Source: Nitrosopumilaceae archaeon
GTDB lineage: Archaea; Thermoproteota; Nitrososphaeria; Nitrososphaerales; Nitrosopumilaceae
Direction of reading: 5' to 3'
Length of the DNA stretch: 64,000 nt
NCBI GenBank assembly: GCA_965203465.1
Contig: CBDBCR010000001.1
Coordinates: 512,001-576,000 of the forward strand
Position 1 is the first letter of the stretch. Each line of letters begins with the position of its first letter. Of the stretch, positions 47,650-58,025 are shown one piece after another. The translations under genes and the position numbers were made by a program. The notes under the pieces were generated by a model. The model was not told the DNA's origin, ran no database searches, and worked only from the letters and a program-made list of their open reading frames with translations.

Positions 47650-48072
47650 CCGGGTGTCGGTCACGCCGCACGAGGGGCACCTGTACAGGCGGCTCTTTTC
47701 CATCTCGCGCTCGACGGACATGGACTTGCCGCAGCAGGCGCACGAGACCTCCTCTGCGTTGCACGGGGGCCTGTACTTTTGCAGTATCTGGCCCACCACG
47801 CGCTCCCTGCCCGTCTCGGACGATCCGAACATGGGCAGGACGGCCACGTGCAGGTTCTTTTCCGAGCCGGCCCGCCGCATCCAGCACCCGAACTTGGGGT
47901 TTTTGGTGAAGAACGCCGGATCGTCGGACTTTGCGCACTGGCCCGCATAGACGACCGAGAACCGCTCCCCGTCGACCGCGAGCAGCACGTACACGACCTC
48001 CTCCATGGGCGGGCCCCACTCGGACATGGGGACGGGCCCGAGAAACTCGTACTGGAGTATCTGCAGCGCCAA
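47641..48072 (-). CDS. Hypothetical protein with C-terminal Zn ribbon
   Basis: 'ILQYEFLGP...WGPPMEEVVY...YAGQ'; CACCG...CPSCG. Confidence 0.75.
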   Translation of the reverse strand: MALQILQYEFLGPVPMSEWGPPMEEVVYVLLAVDGERFSVVYAGQCAKSDDPAFFTKNPKFGCWMRRAGSEKNLHVAVLPMFGSSETGRERVVGQILQKYRPPCNAEEVSCACCGKSMSVEREMEKSRLYRCPSCGVTDTRLK

Positions 48073-48149
48073 CGGCCGCGCCGGGCGGCCCCCCGCTTTT
48101 ACACGTTGCCGTGAAACGGTTAAATTCCGAGCGCCCGCCGGCGGGGCCG

Positions 48150-48398
48150 TTGGAGGAGGATCCGCACAACTACCGCGCGGTCGGCTGGTCCATGGTGGCC
48201 GTCGCCGCCGGGCTGGCCGGCATCGGCCTGCTTGCGCTGTTCATCGGCGACGACGTGCTGTACTCGGACAACTTTCAGCGCGCAAAGACGGCCGAGTTCG
48301 AGCACTGCAAGACGATAGACTTCGAGGGGGCCATGTGCGAAAAGTACCGGGATCGCATAAACACGCCGATATCGGGCGTGTTCACCGGCGGCCAATGA
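48150..48398 (+). CDS. Small membrane protein
   Basis: TM helix, then 'GDDVLYSDN.QRAKT.EFEHCK...CEKY'; TTAAA box upstream. Confidence 0.7.
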   Translation: MEEDPHNYRAVGWSMVAVAAGLAGIGLLALFIGDDVLYSDNFQRAKTAEFEHCKTIDFEGAMCEKYRDRINTPISGVFTGGQ

Positions 48399-49446
48399 CC
48401 TCGATGTCGTCAAAGTCGAACCTTTCGCACCGGCACGCGTAGCCGAGCACGGACGAGGCGCTCGGCTCCACGCCGCCGCCCTCGACCAGGCGCTTTATCG
48501 GGATGCCGCCGTCCGAGACTATGCGCATGGTGAACCTGCCGCCCCGGCCCTTCCTGAACCGGACCGAGTGGACGGCGCGCTCGGCCCTGCGCCGCCCGTC
48601 CAGGACAGAGACTGCGCCTGCGAGCGAGCGCAGGCCGCGCAGGCTGGGGGCCCGCGTACTCGCGCGCACCGTCACGCCGCACCGTATGCGGGCCGGGCCC
48701 GGCGCCGACCCCGCGCGCCTCATGCGCGAGAGCTGCACGGGCCCCAGGTCGGAGCTGCGCGGGAGGCGCGCGTACCTTCTGGAAGGGTTTATCGCGCGCG
48801 CGAAGAACGGCCTGCCCCGCCCGCCCACCAGGCTGTCGCGGTCCTCGCTGCCCGACCACCCGATCCTTACTTGCGTGCAGCCGTACACGGACGCGATGTG
48901 ATCCGCTATGGCCGACTCCACGCTGCGGCAGCCGGCCTGCCTCTTCTGCGGCACGCCGCGCTCGGACTTTGCGTACCTTCCGCACACCACCACTTCCCTT
49001 GCGCGCACCGCGCACCTGCCCGAGCGCAGCTCCAGGACCACCGACAGATCCGGCTCCGCGCGATCCTGCCTCTTGCCGGAGATGCGCGCGATGCGCTCTG
49101 CCAGCTCGCGCGTGATCTCCGACTTTACGGGCTCGGCGCCGCGCGCGCGCAGCCTGGCCCGCACGGCGTCGTCGCGCTCTGCCACCGACGGGGGCAGCAC
49201 GGCCCCGACAAGGAACGTCTCGTACTGCGCGCGGCCCATCTCGGCGGCGGCGGCTTTGGCCAGCTCGTCCAGCGAGTCGGTCAGGCCGCCGCAGACGCGG
49301 CAGGCCCCCGAGTGCGGGCGCCGCCGCAGGCGGGCCCCGCGCCTGCGCGCGGGCCCGGGCCCGGGCGCGGCAATGCGCCCCAGGCAGGAGTCGCAGAGGC
49401 GGGCCCTTTCCGGCGTCCTGCCGGCCGCGGCCGCGCCCCTAGCCAA
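48382..49446 (-). CDS. pus10: tRNA pseudouridine(54/55) synthase Pus10
   Basis: 'LCDSCLGR', 'GRYAK..RGVPQK', 'GSEDRDS...GRPFF', 'DGGIPIKRLV'; adjacent to srp54. Confidence 0.85.
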   Translation of the reverse strand: MARGAAAAGRTPERARLCDSCLGRIAAPGPGPARRRGARLRRRPHSGACRVCGGLTDSLDELAKAAAAEMGRAQYETFLVGAVLPPSVAERDDAVRARLRARGAEPVKSEITRELAERIARISGKRQDRAEPDLSVVLELRSGRCAVRAREVVVCGRYAKSERGVPQKRQAGCRSVESAIADHIASVYGCTQVRIGWSGSEDRDSLVGGRGRPFFARAINPSRRYARLPRSSDLGPVQLSRMRRAGSAPGPARIRCGVTVRASTRAPSLRGLRSLAGAVSVLDGRRRAERAVHSVRFRKGRGGRFTMRIVSDGGIPIKRLVEGGGVEPSASSVLGYACRCERFDFDDIEVIGRR

Positions 49447-50752
49447 GCCCCATGCGGCGCAGCATGGACTGCCCCTGCCTCCCGCGCACCATCTTGGCCA
49501 TCTGCTTGGAGTTGTTGTAGCCCTTGCGCAGGTCCTTGACGTCGTGCTCGGTCCGGCCCGAGCCCCTCGCTATCCTCTTTATGCGCGAGGCGTTGAGCAG
49601 GTCGGGATCGCCCCTCTCCTGCGGGGTCATGCTCTGTATTATGTGGCGCCACGTCTCGGTCTTGCCCTCCAGCTTGTCTAGGTCGCCGGCCTTGCCGGCA
49701 AACCCGGGTATGCCCTCGAGCATGCCACGCAGCGAGCCGGACTTTGAGACCTCTTCGAGCTGGAACAAAAAGTCGTCCATGTTCATCTTGCCCGACGCTA
49801 TCCTGCGCATGCGCGTCTCGCCGGCCTCGTTCTCGAGGCGCCTCGCAAGATCCAGTACCGCCTGCACGTCGCCCATGCCGAGCAGCCTGCCGACGAACTT
49901 TGTGGGGGAGAAACTTTCCAGGTCGCCTATCCTCTCCCCGGTACCCACGTACATTATCCGGGCGCCGGTGGCAGCCGACGCCGCGATGGCCCCGCCGCCG
50001 TTGGCCGAGCTGTCGAGCTTTGTGACCATGATCCCGCCCACCGGCACCGCGGCGTGGAACGCGCGCGCCTGCCCCTCGCACTGCTGGCCTATGGTGCCGT
50101 CTATTACGAGCAGCGCAAGATCGGGCTCGGCGGCCCTGCCTATGCGCTTCATCTCCTCGAGCAGGCCCTTTTCCTCCTTGTGCCTGCCGGCCGTGTCTAT
50201 CAGCACCACGTCGGGAGACTGGCGCTCGAAGTGGCGCAGGCCCGCGCGCACGACCTCGTCGGGCTCGCCGCCCCCGCCGTACACTTCCACGTTCGACTTT
50301 TCGCACATGGTCTTCAGCTGCTCTAGCGCGCCGGGCCGGAACGTGTCGGCGCCGATGGCCGCGACGCTGTGGCCCTGCGACGAGAGGTGGTGCGCGAGCT
50401 TTGCGGTGGCAGTAGTCTTGCCGCTTCCCTGTATGCCGAGCATGACTATCCTGTTGGTGGCGCCCGCCCTCATCTGGAATTCGGGCTCGGTGCCCATCAG
50501 CCCGGCAAGCTCGCTGTACAGTATCTTCACGACGTGATCCTTGCGCGAGAGGCCGGGCGGGGGGCTCTCCTCGAGCGCCCGCTTTTTCAGGTTCTGAGAG
50601 ACCTTTTGCACCTGGGCCACGTTGACGTCCGAGCGCAGCAGGGCCGACTGCACGTCGTGGCACAGCCCGCCGACAAGCTCCTCGTCGATGCCGGACGACT
50701 TTACGACGCGCTTTACGGCCGCCCTCAGACTGTCGCGCAGCGAGTCAAGCAC
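49439..50752 (-). CDS. srp54: Signal recognition particle protein SRP54
   Basis: 'GIQGSGKTT', 'DTFRPGA', 'DTAGRH', 'TKLD', M domain 'RIKRIARGSG'. Confidence 0.96.
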   Translation of the reverse strand: MLDSLRDSLRAAVKRVVKSSGIDEELVGGLCHDVQSALLRSDVNVAQVQKVSQNLKKRALEESPPPGLSRKDHVVKILYSELAGLMGTEPEFQMRAGATNRIVMLGIQGSGKTTATAKLAHHLSSQGHSVAAIGADTFRPGALEQLKTMCEKSNVEVYGGGGEPDEVVRAGLRHFERQSPDVVLIDTAGRHKEEKGLLEEMKRIGRAAEPDLALLVIDGTIGQQCEGQARAFHAAVPVGGIMVTKLDSSANGGGAIAASAATGARIMYVGTGERIGDLESFSPTKFVGRLLGMGDVQAVLDLARRLENEAGETRMRRIASGKMNMDDFLFQLEEVSKSGSLRGMLEGIPGFAGKAGDLDKLEGKTETWRHIIQSMTPQERGDPDLLNASRIKRIARGSGRTEHDVKDLRKGYNNSKQMAKMVRGRQGQSMLRRMGLG

Positions 50753-51428
50753 GGGGGGACAGGCGCGCGCCTGATATTTCAAACCTTCCCCTGCACCGGT
50801 CCCAGACGGCGCCCCCCTCGAGTTCCACAGCGCGCGAGAAGAGGGGGCAGTCTAGCACGATCGTCTCGGCCTCGCCGCCCTCGAAGGCGGGGTTGAACGA
50901 GTGCCTTTCCGCCAGGCCCGCAAGGACGCCGACGTCGCCGGCCGTCACCGTCCTGCCGAGCCACTCGGGCCCGAGCCCGTCGGCGCCGACGCTGACTATG
51001 GCGAACCTGAACCCGTCGCGCAGCAGGTTCCGCATGTGCTCCTTTTGGTCGGCGCCTTGCAGGGGGGAGAGCGCGCCCATCCCCGCCTCGCAGGCGGCGC
51101 GGGCGAACTCGTCTATCTGGAAGCGGCTCGCGATGCCGCCGTGCACCGCCGCCCGCGCGCCGTGCGCCGAGGCCGCCTCCCTCAGCAGCTGGGACATCTT
51201 TGCGGATTCGGCCTCCGTGCCCCGGCCCGCCCCCGCGCGCAGGTGCGCCACGCCCATGGACTCCGACTGCAGGGCGGCCACGTGCGTGCCCGGCTCGTGC
51301 AGCATGTGGCTCTGGTCGGAGTGCGGCGCGACCGTGACGGTGCAGGCTATCTGGTGGCCCGCGCGGCGCGCGAGGTAGGCCGCGTACAGGCCGTCCTTGC
51401 CGCCGGATATCAGGGCCGCGAGTTTCAT
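50745..51428 (-). CDS. dph6: Diphthine--ammonia ligase
   Basis: PP-loop 'SGGKD', 'WLGR', 'EGGEAETIVLDCPLF'. Confidence 0.9.
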   Translation of the reverse strand: MKLAALISGGKDGLYAAYLARRAGHQIACTVTVAPHSDQSHMLHEPGTHVAALQSESMGVAHLRAGAGRGTEAESAKMSQLLREAASAHGARAAVHGGIASRFQIDEFARAACEAGMGALSPLQGADQKEHMRNLLRDGFRFAIVSVGADGLGPEWLGRTVTAGDVGVLAGLAERHSFNPAFEGGEAETIVLDCPLFSRAVELEGGAVWDRCRGRFEISGARLSPRA

Positions 51429-51567
51429 GTAGATGCCTCAGTACTCATAACCGTCATCACCGCTCAGATGGCTTTTCCGGTAATCATCGGCATCCTTGCC
51501 GGTGCCGGCCGGAGCGTATTTGTAAGTTTGCGGGCCCGCCCGCCTTGCGGGGGCGGGCAGGGGCCAG

Positions 51568-52140
51568 TCAGGGCAGCCTGAGGACTTTGAACGAGACGCC
51601 GGCAAACTCGGGATCGCCGTTGAGCGCGTCAAAAGCCATGTCTGTCGAGTAAAACTCCGGCACTCTGGCGTCCGATGCGAGATGGGCGTGTTCTATGTCT
51701 GCGTGCCCCAAGCCGGCGTACCTGTATCTGGACTTGAGGCCTCCCGTGATGCGCCCAGCATAGTCGGAGATCTTTGAAAGGACGCGGGAATGGTGGTCAA
51801 ACAGCGCATCTGAATAGTTTGCAATCTCGGCGTTTTTGTTATTCACTAGGCTGTTTACGTACCCTGCAAAGCGCCCCTCGATCGACATGCACTCCGATCG
51901 TATACCGGCGTGATCTTAGATCGTAGCGGAAGTTGGTTTGAACTCGCCAGTTGTAAGTTTGCGCAATGCGTGGATCGTCTCTGCCATGGCCAAATTGGAC
52001 ACTACCGCAAAACTCCGCCCGCGCTCGACTCTGTCGAACAGCGGCGAGCATACGCTAAAGAACCTGTCCCTGCCACCCCTCATGTACGCTACCCACATGT
52101 TCGAGTCGTAGTATACACGTTTGACGCCCTCAACCATCAC
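51568..52140 (-). pseudogene. PIN-domain (VapC) toxin with in-frame TAA at 51916-51918
   Basis: 'VYYDSN', 'SNLAMAE', then in the same frame after the TAA 'ADIEHAHLA...FYSTDMAF'. Confidence 0.8.
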
Positions 52141-52558
52141 GTATCTCTCTTATCAGCTCGGTCGCGTCCATGTCGCTTTCGTAGTGTGAGAGTATGCCCT
52201 TGATTGTGGGCGCCGGGCCTTTTCTGGGCTTCAACTTGAATATTCTCGCGAGATCCCTGCTCTGGGCCTCGCTGTCGTACGTGCCGTTGTGGCTGCTCAT
52301 CTTGTCGATCGCACCGCGTACGATCGAAATCTTGTCCTTGTCAGCGGGCGACAAGCTTGGCAGAACGCGGAGGTCGGATTCCCCTACCCTGCCCACAAAA
52401 AAACGTCGGAACGAGCGCACGATCCTGCCAACGTCCTCGTCGTCTACATCCTTTCCCAAAACCTCCCGCACCTTTTCTGCGCTGGTGGACTTTACCATCG
52501 CTTCGTAGAACACGTCCGTGAGCTCGCCGATCTGGTCGGCGGACAGCTTTTCAAACAC
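52130..52558 (-). CDS. Probable antitoxin of the adjacent PIN gene (start uncertain)
   Basis: Overlaps the vapC start; C-terminal 'IKGIL...DATELIREIRD' is typical of archaeal VapB-like tails; lower GC. Confidence 0.55.
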   Translation of the reverse strand: MFEKLSADQIGELTDVFYEAMVKSTSAEKVREVLGKDVDDEDVGRIVRSFRRFFVGRVGESDLRVLPSLSPADKDKISIVRGAIDKMSSHNGTYDSEAQSRDLARIFKLKPRKGPAPTIKGILSHYESDMDATELIREIRDG

Positions 52559-52649
52559 GGACAGGTCGGCCTTGGAGTATACGGGACGAAGCGGGCACCT
52601 GCGGGTATAACTCTTGCCATAGTGACCTTGGGCAGACCGCCCGCCGCGC

Positions 52650-53663
52650 CTAGTTGGTCCTCGCAAGCTGCCCGCCGCGCACCTCGAACTCGGCCACCAC
52701 GCCCCCGGCGCTGACGCTGACCCTGCCCGTCCGGGGATCCACGCTGACCGCCGGCGAGACTGCCGCGGACGCCGAGTCGCTCAGCTCGGGCGCGTCGCCC
52801 GCCCGCGCCTCGGTCTGCAGGCCCAGCCCGGCAGAGATGCGGTTCATCTGCTCCTGCGAAAGCTCCAGCTGCGCCACGTACGCGGCGCGCGCCTCGGCGC
52901 GCGTGCCGCCCGACTCGAGCGCGGCGGCCATGGCCGCGCGCGCCCTGCCCAGCGCCTCGGCAGAGTGCTCCAGCTGCCCCTCGATGATTCCGCGCACCGA
53001 CTTGTCCAGGCCGGAGACGAACCTGTCGTACCTCCACCCCTCGTACGAGCCGGCGCCCGGCGCCCTCTCTTCGATGGCCCTCAGCAGCGCGATGTGGGCC
53101 TGCGCCCTGCGCTCCTCGGCGAGGCGGCCGCTTTCCGCCTCGGCGGCCTCGCGCGCCAGCGCCTCGCGGTACTCGGACGCCATCGACGCGTAGTGCCGGT
53201 ACAGCACCAAGCCGAGCGGGTCGCCGGCATAGTCGGATTCTGTGGAGGCTAGGTAGCGCTGCGCGGTGGGCGTGTCCAGCTGGCGGGCGAGCTCGGCCGA
53301 GCGCAGCACCTTGCCGGAGACCTGCAGGTGCTCGCTCGCGGCCCCGTACCTCTGCCCGTCGGTGAACGAAACGTTGGCTACGTGCGTGCCGGGCAGGCCG
53401 TCAAAGCCGCCCAGCGCCACCCGGAACGCGCCGTCCTGCCCGCTCACCGCCGTGGCGGAGACGGCGCCAAGCCTGACGGTCACCTCGGCGCCCGGGACCG
53501 GATCGCCGGCGTGGTCCACCAGCCTGCCAGAGACGGCCGGAGCCTGCCCCGGCTCGAGCACCGTCGATTCCAGGCCGCCTTCCAGCAGTATGTCCCAGAG
53601 CTGGCCGTGCGCGGCCAGGGGCGCCAGGGCCAGGAGCGCCAGCAGTGCCGCCTTCACGCGCAC
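52650..53663 (-). CDS. Secreted protein with Ig/carboxypeptidase-regulatory-like domain
   Basis: Signal peptide; 'VSGRLVDHAGDPVPGAEVTV...DGAF'. Confidence 0.7.
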   Translation of the reverse strand: MRVKAALLALLALAPLAAHGQLWDILLEGGLESTVLEPGQAPAVSGRLVDHAGDPVPGAEVTVRLGAVSATAVSGQDGAFRVALGGFDGLPGTHVANVSFTDGQRYGAASEHLQVSGKVLRSAELARQLDTPTAQRYLASTESDYAGDPLGLVLYRHYASMASEYREALAREAAEAESGRLAEERRAQAHIALLRAIEERAPGAGSYEGWRYDRFVSGLDKSVRGIIEGQLEHSAEALGRARAAMAAALESGGTRAEARAAYVAQLELSQEQMNRISAGLGLQTEARAGDAPELSDSASAAVSPAVSVDPRTGRVSVSAGGVVAEFEVRGGQLARTN

Positions 53664-53755
53664 GTATCGCCGTGTTCCCTTAAAGGGCCCGCGGAGGCGG
53701 CTTCGGGGCGGGGCCGCCCGATCCGAAATAAATAGGCGGGCTGGCCAAGCGGCCC

Positions 53756-54415
53756 GTGAGGGTCGGGATCGTGGTCTTTCCCGGAAGCAACTGCGATCGC
53801 GACATGCACAGGGCGCTCTCGCTGCACGGCCACGAGCCGGTGTACTGCTGGCACGCGGATCCCCTTCCGCGCCTGGACGCGGCGGTGCTGCCCGGCGGCT
53901 TTTCGTACGGCGACCGGCTCAGGGCCGGGGCCATCGCGGCCAGCAGCCCGGCCGTTCCGGCGGTGCGCCGCATGGCGGAGCGCGGCAAGCCGATCCTGGG
54001 CGTGTGCAACGGCTTTCAGATACTGGCAGAGGCGGGCCTGCTGCCCGGCGCCCTGCTGCCAAACGATCCGCCCGGGTTCGAGTGCAGCTGGGTCGGGCTG
54101 GACGTGGAAAACTCGTCCACGCCGTTCACGCGCGGCATGCCCGCAAAGACCCGCATGCCGGTGGCATGCGGCGAGGGCAGGTACCACGCGGACGCGCGGA
54201 CGGTCGAAGAACTGGAGCGCGCCGGCAGGATAGTCTTCCGGTACTCGGGCAGCGTCAACGGCTCGGCCGGCGGCATCGCCGGCGTCTGCAGCGAAGACGG
54301 CAACGTGCTGGGCATGATGCCGCACCCAGAGCGCGCCTGCGAGCCGCAGACCGACCCGCTCGGCGAGGGGCCCTCGTCGGCCATGTTCGAATCGCTAAAG
54401 GGGGGAGGGCCGTGA
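53756..54415 (+). CDS. purQ: Phosphoribosylformylglycinamidine synthase subunit PurQ
   Basis: 'FPGSNCDRD', 'PGGFSYGD', 'GVCNGFQIL', 'MMPHPER'. Confidence 0.96.
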   Translation: MRVGIVVFPGSNCDRDMHRALSLHGHEPVYCWHADPLPRLDAAVLPGGFSYGDRLRAGAIAASSPAVPAVRRMAERGKPILGVCNGFQILAEAGLLPGALLPNDPPGFECSWVGLDVENSSTPFTRGMPAKTRMPVACGEGRYHADARTVEELERAGRIVFRYSGSVNGSAGGIAGVCSEDGNVLGMMPHPERACEPQTDPLGEGPSSAMFESLKGGGP

Positions 54416-56559
54416 GCCTCGACGGCGCGGAGCTTGACCACCTGCGGTCGCGCCTGCGCCGCGAGCCGAGCGAGGCAGAGCTGCACATCGTCTCGGCGGA
54501 ATGGTCGGAGCACTGCTCGTACAAGTCCTCGCGCCGCCACCTGTCCGCGCTGCCCTCCTCGGGCAGGCTGGTCATACGCGAAAGGGGGCACGACTCGGGG
54601 GCGCTCGACGCGGGCGGCGGGTACGTCGTGACGGTCCACATCGAGAGCCACAACCACCCGTCGGCCGTCGAGCCGTACGGCGGGGCGGCAACCGGCGTGG
54701 GCGGCGTGGTGCGCGACATACTCTCGTCGGGCACGCGCCCGGCCGCCGTGCTCGACGGGCTGCGCTTCGGGGATCTGGATTCGGATCCGCACGCGGCCTG
54801 GCTGCTGCGCGGAACGGTCGCCGGCATATCCGACTACGGCAACTGCATCGGGGTGCCTACGGTGGGCGGCGAGATAGGATCCGATCCGTCCTTCGGGGGT
54901 TACGCCATGGTGGACGTGGCCGCCGTGGGGCTGGGCAGAAAAAGCGACCTGATCAAGAACCGAGCCTCGCCCGGCGACTTGGTCGCGCTGATGGGCGGCC
55001 CCACGGGCATGGACGGGGTGGGCGGCGCCGAGTTTGCCTCCGACCAGCTGGAATCGGAGGACCGCTCCGCGGTGCAGATACCCGACCCGTTCGTCGAAAA
55101 GCTGCTGATCGAGGCGTTTTTGGAGGCAAACTCGTCGGGCATAATAAAGGCCGCAAAGGATCTGGGCGGCGGCGGGCTCTCGTGCGCCGTCTCCGAGACG
55201 GCAGACTCGCTGGGGGTGGGCATAGAGGTGGACGTGCGCTCGGTGCACCTGCGCGGCGGCTCGATGGAACCGCGCCACGTGATGACCTCCGAGTCGCAGG
55301 AGCGCATGATGGTCATAACGTCGAAGGCGGGCATGGAAAAGCTGCGCCGCGTCTGCGCGAGGCACGGCGTGCCCGTGTCCGCGATAGGGAGGGTCACCGG
55401 CGACGGCATCATGAGGGTGAGGGACGGCGGCAGGACCGTCGCCGAGATGCCCGCGGAGACGGTGGCAAACGCGCAGCCCCTCGACAGGCCCGCCTCGAGG
55501 CCCGCGTACCTGGACGGCATACCGCAAGAGCCGGATCTGCCCGAGCTGGACGCCTCGGAGTCGCTGCTGCGCCTGCTTGCCTCGCCCAACATATCTAGCA
55601 AGGAGGGAATATACAGGAAGTACGACCACGAGGTGGGGCTGCGCACGGTCGCAAAGCCGGGCGGCGACGCGGCGGTGCTGCGCATGGACAACGGCAGGTT
55701 CCTGGCCGTCTCGATGGACGGCAATCCGCGGCACTGCTATGTGGATCCGCGCGCCGGCGCGGCCGGGTGCTTTGACGAGGCGTGCAGGAACGTCGCGTGC
55801 GCCGGCGCCGAGCCTGCCGGCATGGTCGACCACCTGCAGTTCGGCGATCCCGGCGATCCGGGGGTCTTTTGGTGCTTTCTCGAATCGCTTGGCGGCATAG
55901 CAGAGTACGCGCGCGCGGCCGGCATCCCCTGCGTGGGAGGCAAGGTGAGCCTGTACAACGAGACGGCCTCGGGCCCCATAAAGCCCTCGCCGGTGCTGTG
56001 CGTGCTGGGGTTTTCCGACTCCGCGCCGCCGCGCGGGGGCGCGCGCGAGGGGGACCGCATGATAATGGCCGGGTACACGCGCGACGAGATGGGCGGATCC
56101 GAGTACTTTGAGCACGTGCACGGCGTGACGGCCGGCAGGTGCCCGCGCGCCGACGCGGCCGCCTCTGCCGCCTCGGCCCGCGCCGTCTCAAAGCTGGTCC
56201 GCGCCGGCGCGGTGCGCGCCGCGCACGACTGCTCACACGGCGGGCTGGCGGTGGCGGCAGCCGAGATGTGCATCGCGGCCGGCACCGGCTGCTCGGTGCG
56301 GGCTGGCAGCGTGCCGTCCGCGCGCATGGCCGGCGACCGGCTCCTGTTCTCGGAGAGCCACTCGCGGTACCTGCTGGCAGCCGAGCCGCGAAAGTCGGCC
56401 CGCGTGGTGGAGCGGCTGCGCTCGGCGGGCGCGCGGGCAGCCGAGGTGGGCAGGTTCGGCGGCTCGCAGATTTCGTTCGCGCGCGGCGGATCCGCGATAG
56501 CAAGCGTAAGCGTTGATAAGGCGCGCACGGAGTGGTCGGGAGGGCATGGGCAGCGCTAG
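54412..56559 (+). CDS. purL: Phosphoribosylformylglycinamidine synthase subunit PurL
   Basis: 'WSEHCSYKS', 'ESHNHPS', 'SESQERM'. Confidence 0.96.
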   Translation: MSLDGAELDHLRSRLRREPSEAELHIVSAEWSEHCSYKSSRRHLSALPSSGRLVIRERGHDSGALDAGGGYVVTVHIESHNHPSAVEPYGGAATGVGGVVRDILSSGTRPAAVLDGLRFGDLDSDPHAAWLLRGTVAGISDYGNCIGVPTVGGEIGSDPSFGGYAMVDVAAVGLGRKSDLIKNRASPGDLVALMGGPTGMDGVGGAEFASDQLESEDRSAVQIPDPFVEKLLIEAFLEANSSGIIKAAKDLGGGGLSCAVSETADSLGVGIEVDVRSVHLRGGSMEPRHVMTSESQERMMVITSKAGMEKLRRVCARHGVPVSAIGRVTGDGIMRVRDGGRTVAEMPAETVANAQPLDRPASRPAYLDGIPQEPDLPELDASESLLRLLASPNISSKEGIYRKYDHEVGLRTVAKPGGDAAVLRMDNGRFLAVSMDGNPRHCYVDPRAGAAGCFDEACRNVACAGAEPAGMVDHLQFGDPGDPGVFWCFLESLGGIAEYARAAGIPCVGGKVSLYNETASGPIKPSPVLCVLGFSDSAPPRGGAREGDRMIMAGYTRDEMGGSEYFEHVHGVTAGRCPRADAAASAASARAVSKLVRAGAVRAAHDCSHGGLAVAAAEMCIAAGTGCSVRAGSVPSARMAGDRLLFSESHSRYLLAAEPRKSARVVERLRSAGARAAEVGRFGGSQISFARGGSAIASVSVDKARTEWSGGHGQR

Positions 56560-57979
56560 GGAAAACTGCGGCGTGGTTGGCATATACAGCGCCTCGGGGG
56601 CCAACGTTGTCCCCATGGTCATAGACGCGCTGCGGGCCCTGCAGCACAGGGGCCAGGAGGCCTGGGGCGTGGCCGTGCCCGGCAAGGCGCCGCTAAAAAA
56701 GACGGGCCTAGTCTCGTCTGCCTCCTCGGAGCTCAAAAAGATAGCATCGGAGTACAGCTCGCCGTGCGCCATAGGGCACACGCGGTACTCGACGATGGGG
56801 CGCAGCTCGCTCGAGAACGCCCAGCCGCTGCGCGTCAAGGATCTGTGCGTGGCGCACAACGGCACCATCGCCAACGCCGAGGAGGTGGCCATGGTGGGCG
56901 GCTGCTCGTTCACGCCGCAAAACTCCAGCGACACGATGGTGGCGGCGCAGAGGCTCGTCTCGCTGATCTCCGAAAAGGGCGGCATGGGAAGGGCGCTGTC
57001 GGTTCTGAAGGACGAGATGGCCGGCTCGTACTGCTTTACGTTCATCACCGACGACGGCTCGGTGTACGCGGCGCGCGACCCGCTCGGCTTCCGCCCGATG
57101 GTTCTGGGCCGCAAGGGCGACGCGTTCGTGGCCGCCTCGGAGTCGTCGGCGCTCATGGCAGTCGGCGCCGAACTGTTGCGCAACGTCGAGCCGGGCGAGC
57201 TGGTCCGGTTCGGCGGCGGCGGCATGCAGTCCGAGAAGTTCTCCGACGAAAAGCGCCGCGCGCACTGCTCGTTCGAGTTTACGTATTTCGCGCACCCGTC
57301 CAGCAAGATGGAGGGCTCCAACATATACCAGGCGCGCAAGAACATCGGCAGGTACCTGGCCAAAAAGTTCCCCCTGGACGCCGACCTGGTCATACCGGTG
57401 CCCGACTCTGCGAGGCCGGCCGCGCTCGGGTACGCCCAAGAGTCGGGCATCGAGTTCGACGAGGGCCTGCTCAAGGACAGGTACAGCAAAAAGGGCCCGC
57501 TGCGCAGCTTTATCGAGCCGCACCAGAGCGACCGCGTCGAGATAAACAGGTGGATAATACCGATATCGGAGATCATACGCGGCAGGCACGTCGTGGTGAT
57601 AGACGACAGCCTGGTGCGCGGGACCAGCTCGCGCGCCATAGTCAAGGCGCTCCGCAGGGCCGGCGCCGAAAAGATAAGCATGCTCATAACCTACCCGCCC
57701 ATAACGTACCCGTGCTACGCGGGCATCGACTTTCCGTCCCGCGAAGAGCTCGCCGCGTACTCGGAAAAAGGGGGCGATCCGGTCGAGCGGGTCAGGCAGT
57801 CGATAGGCGCCGACTTTCTGGGGTACAACGACGCGCAGAACCTGGCCGACGCCATCGGGATGCCGCGGGATTCGCTGTGCTTTACGTGCCATACCGGCGA
57901 CTACGGCGCGCTGGGCATACGGCCCGACTTTGGGGCGCGCGGGCAGGTGAGGGCGGACGGTCCGCGCGCGCGGCCCTGA
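56546..57979 (+). CDS. purF: Amidophosphoribosyltransferase
   Basis: 'ENCGVVG', 'LQHRGQE', 'GHTRYST', 'DDSLVRGT'. Confidence 0.96.
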   Translation: MGSARENCGVVGIYSASGANVVPMVIDALRALQHRGQEAWGVAVPGKAPLKKTGLVSSASSELKKIASEYSSPCAIGHTRYSTMGRSSLENAQPLRVKDLCVAHNGTIANAEEVAMVGGCSFTPQNSSDTMVAAQRLVSLISEKGGMGRALSVLKDEMAGSYCFTFITDDGSVYAARDPLGFRPMVLGRKGDAFVAASESSALMAVGAELLRNVEPGELVRFGGGGMQSEKFSDEKRRAHCSFEFTYFAHPSSKMEGSNIYQARKNIGRYLAKKFPLDADLVIPVPDSARPAALGYAQESGIEFDEGLLKDRYSKKGPLRSFIEPHQSDRVEINRWIIPISEIIRGRHVVVIDDSLVRGTSSRAIVKALRRAGAEKISMLITYPPITYPCYAGIDFPSREELAAYSEKGGDPVERVRQSIGADFLGYNDAQNLADAIGMPRDSLCFTCHTGDYGALGIRPDFGARGQVRADGPRARP

Positions 57980-58025
57980 CGCCGCGCGCAGGGGGCAGGA
58001 CGCGTGCGGGTGGGCAGCCTCGCGC

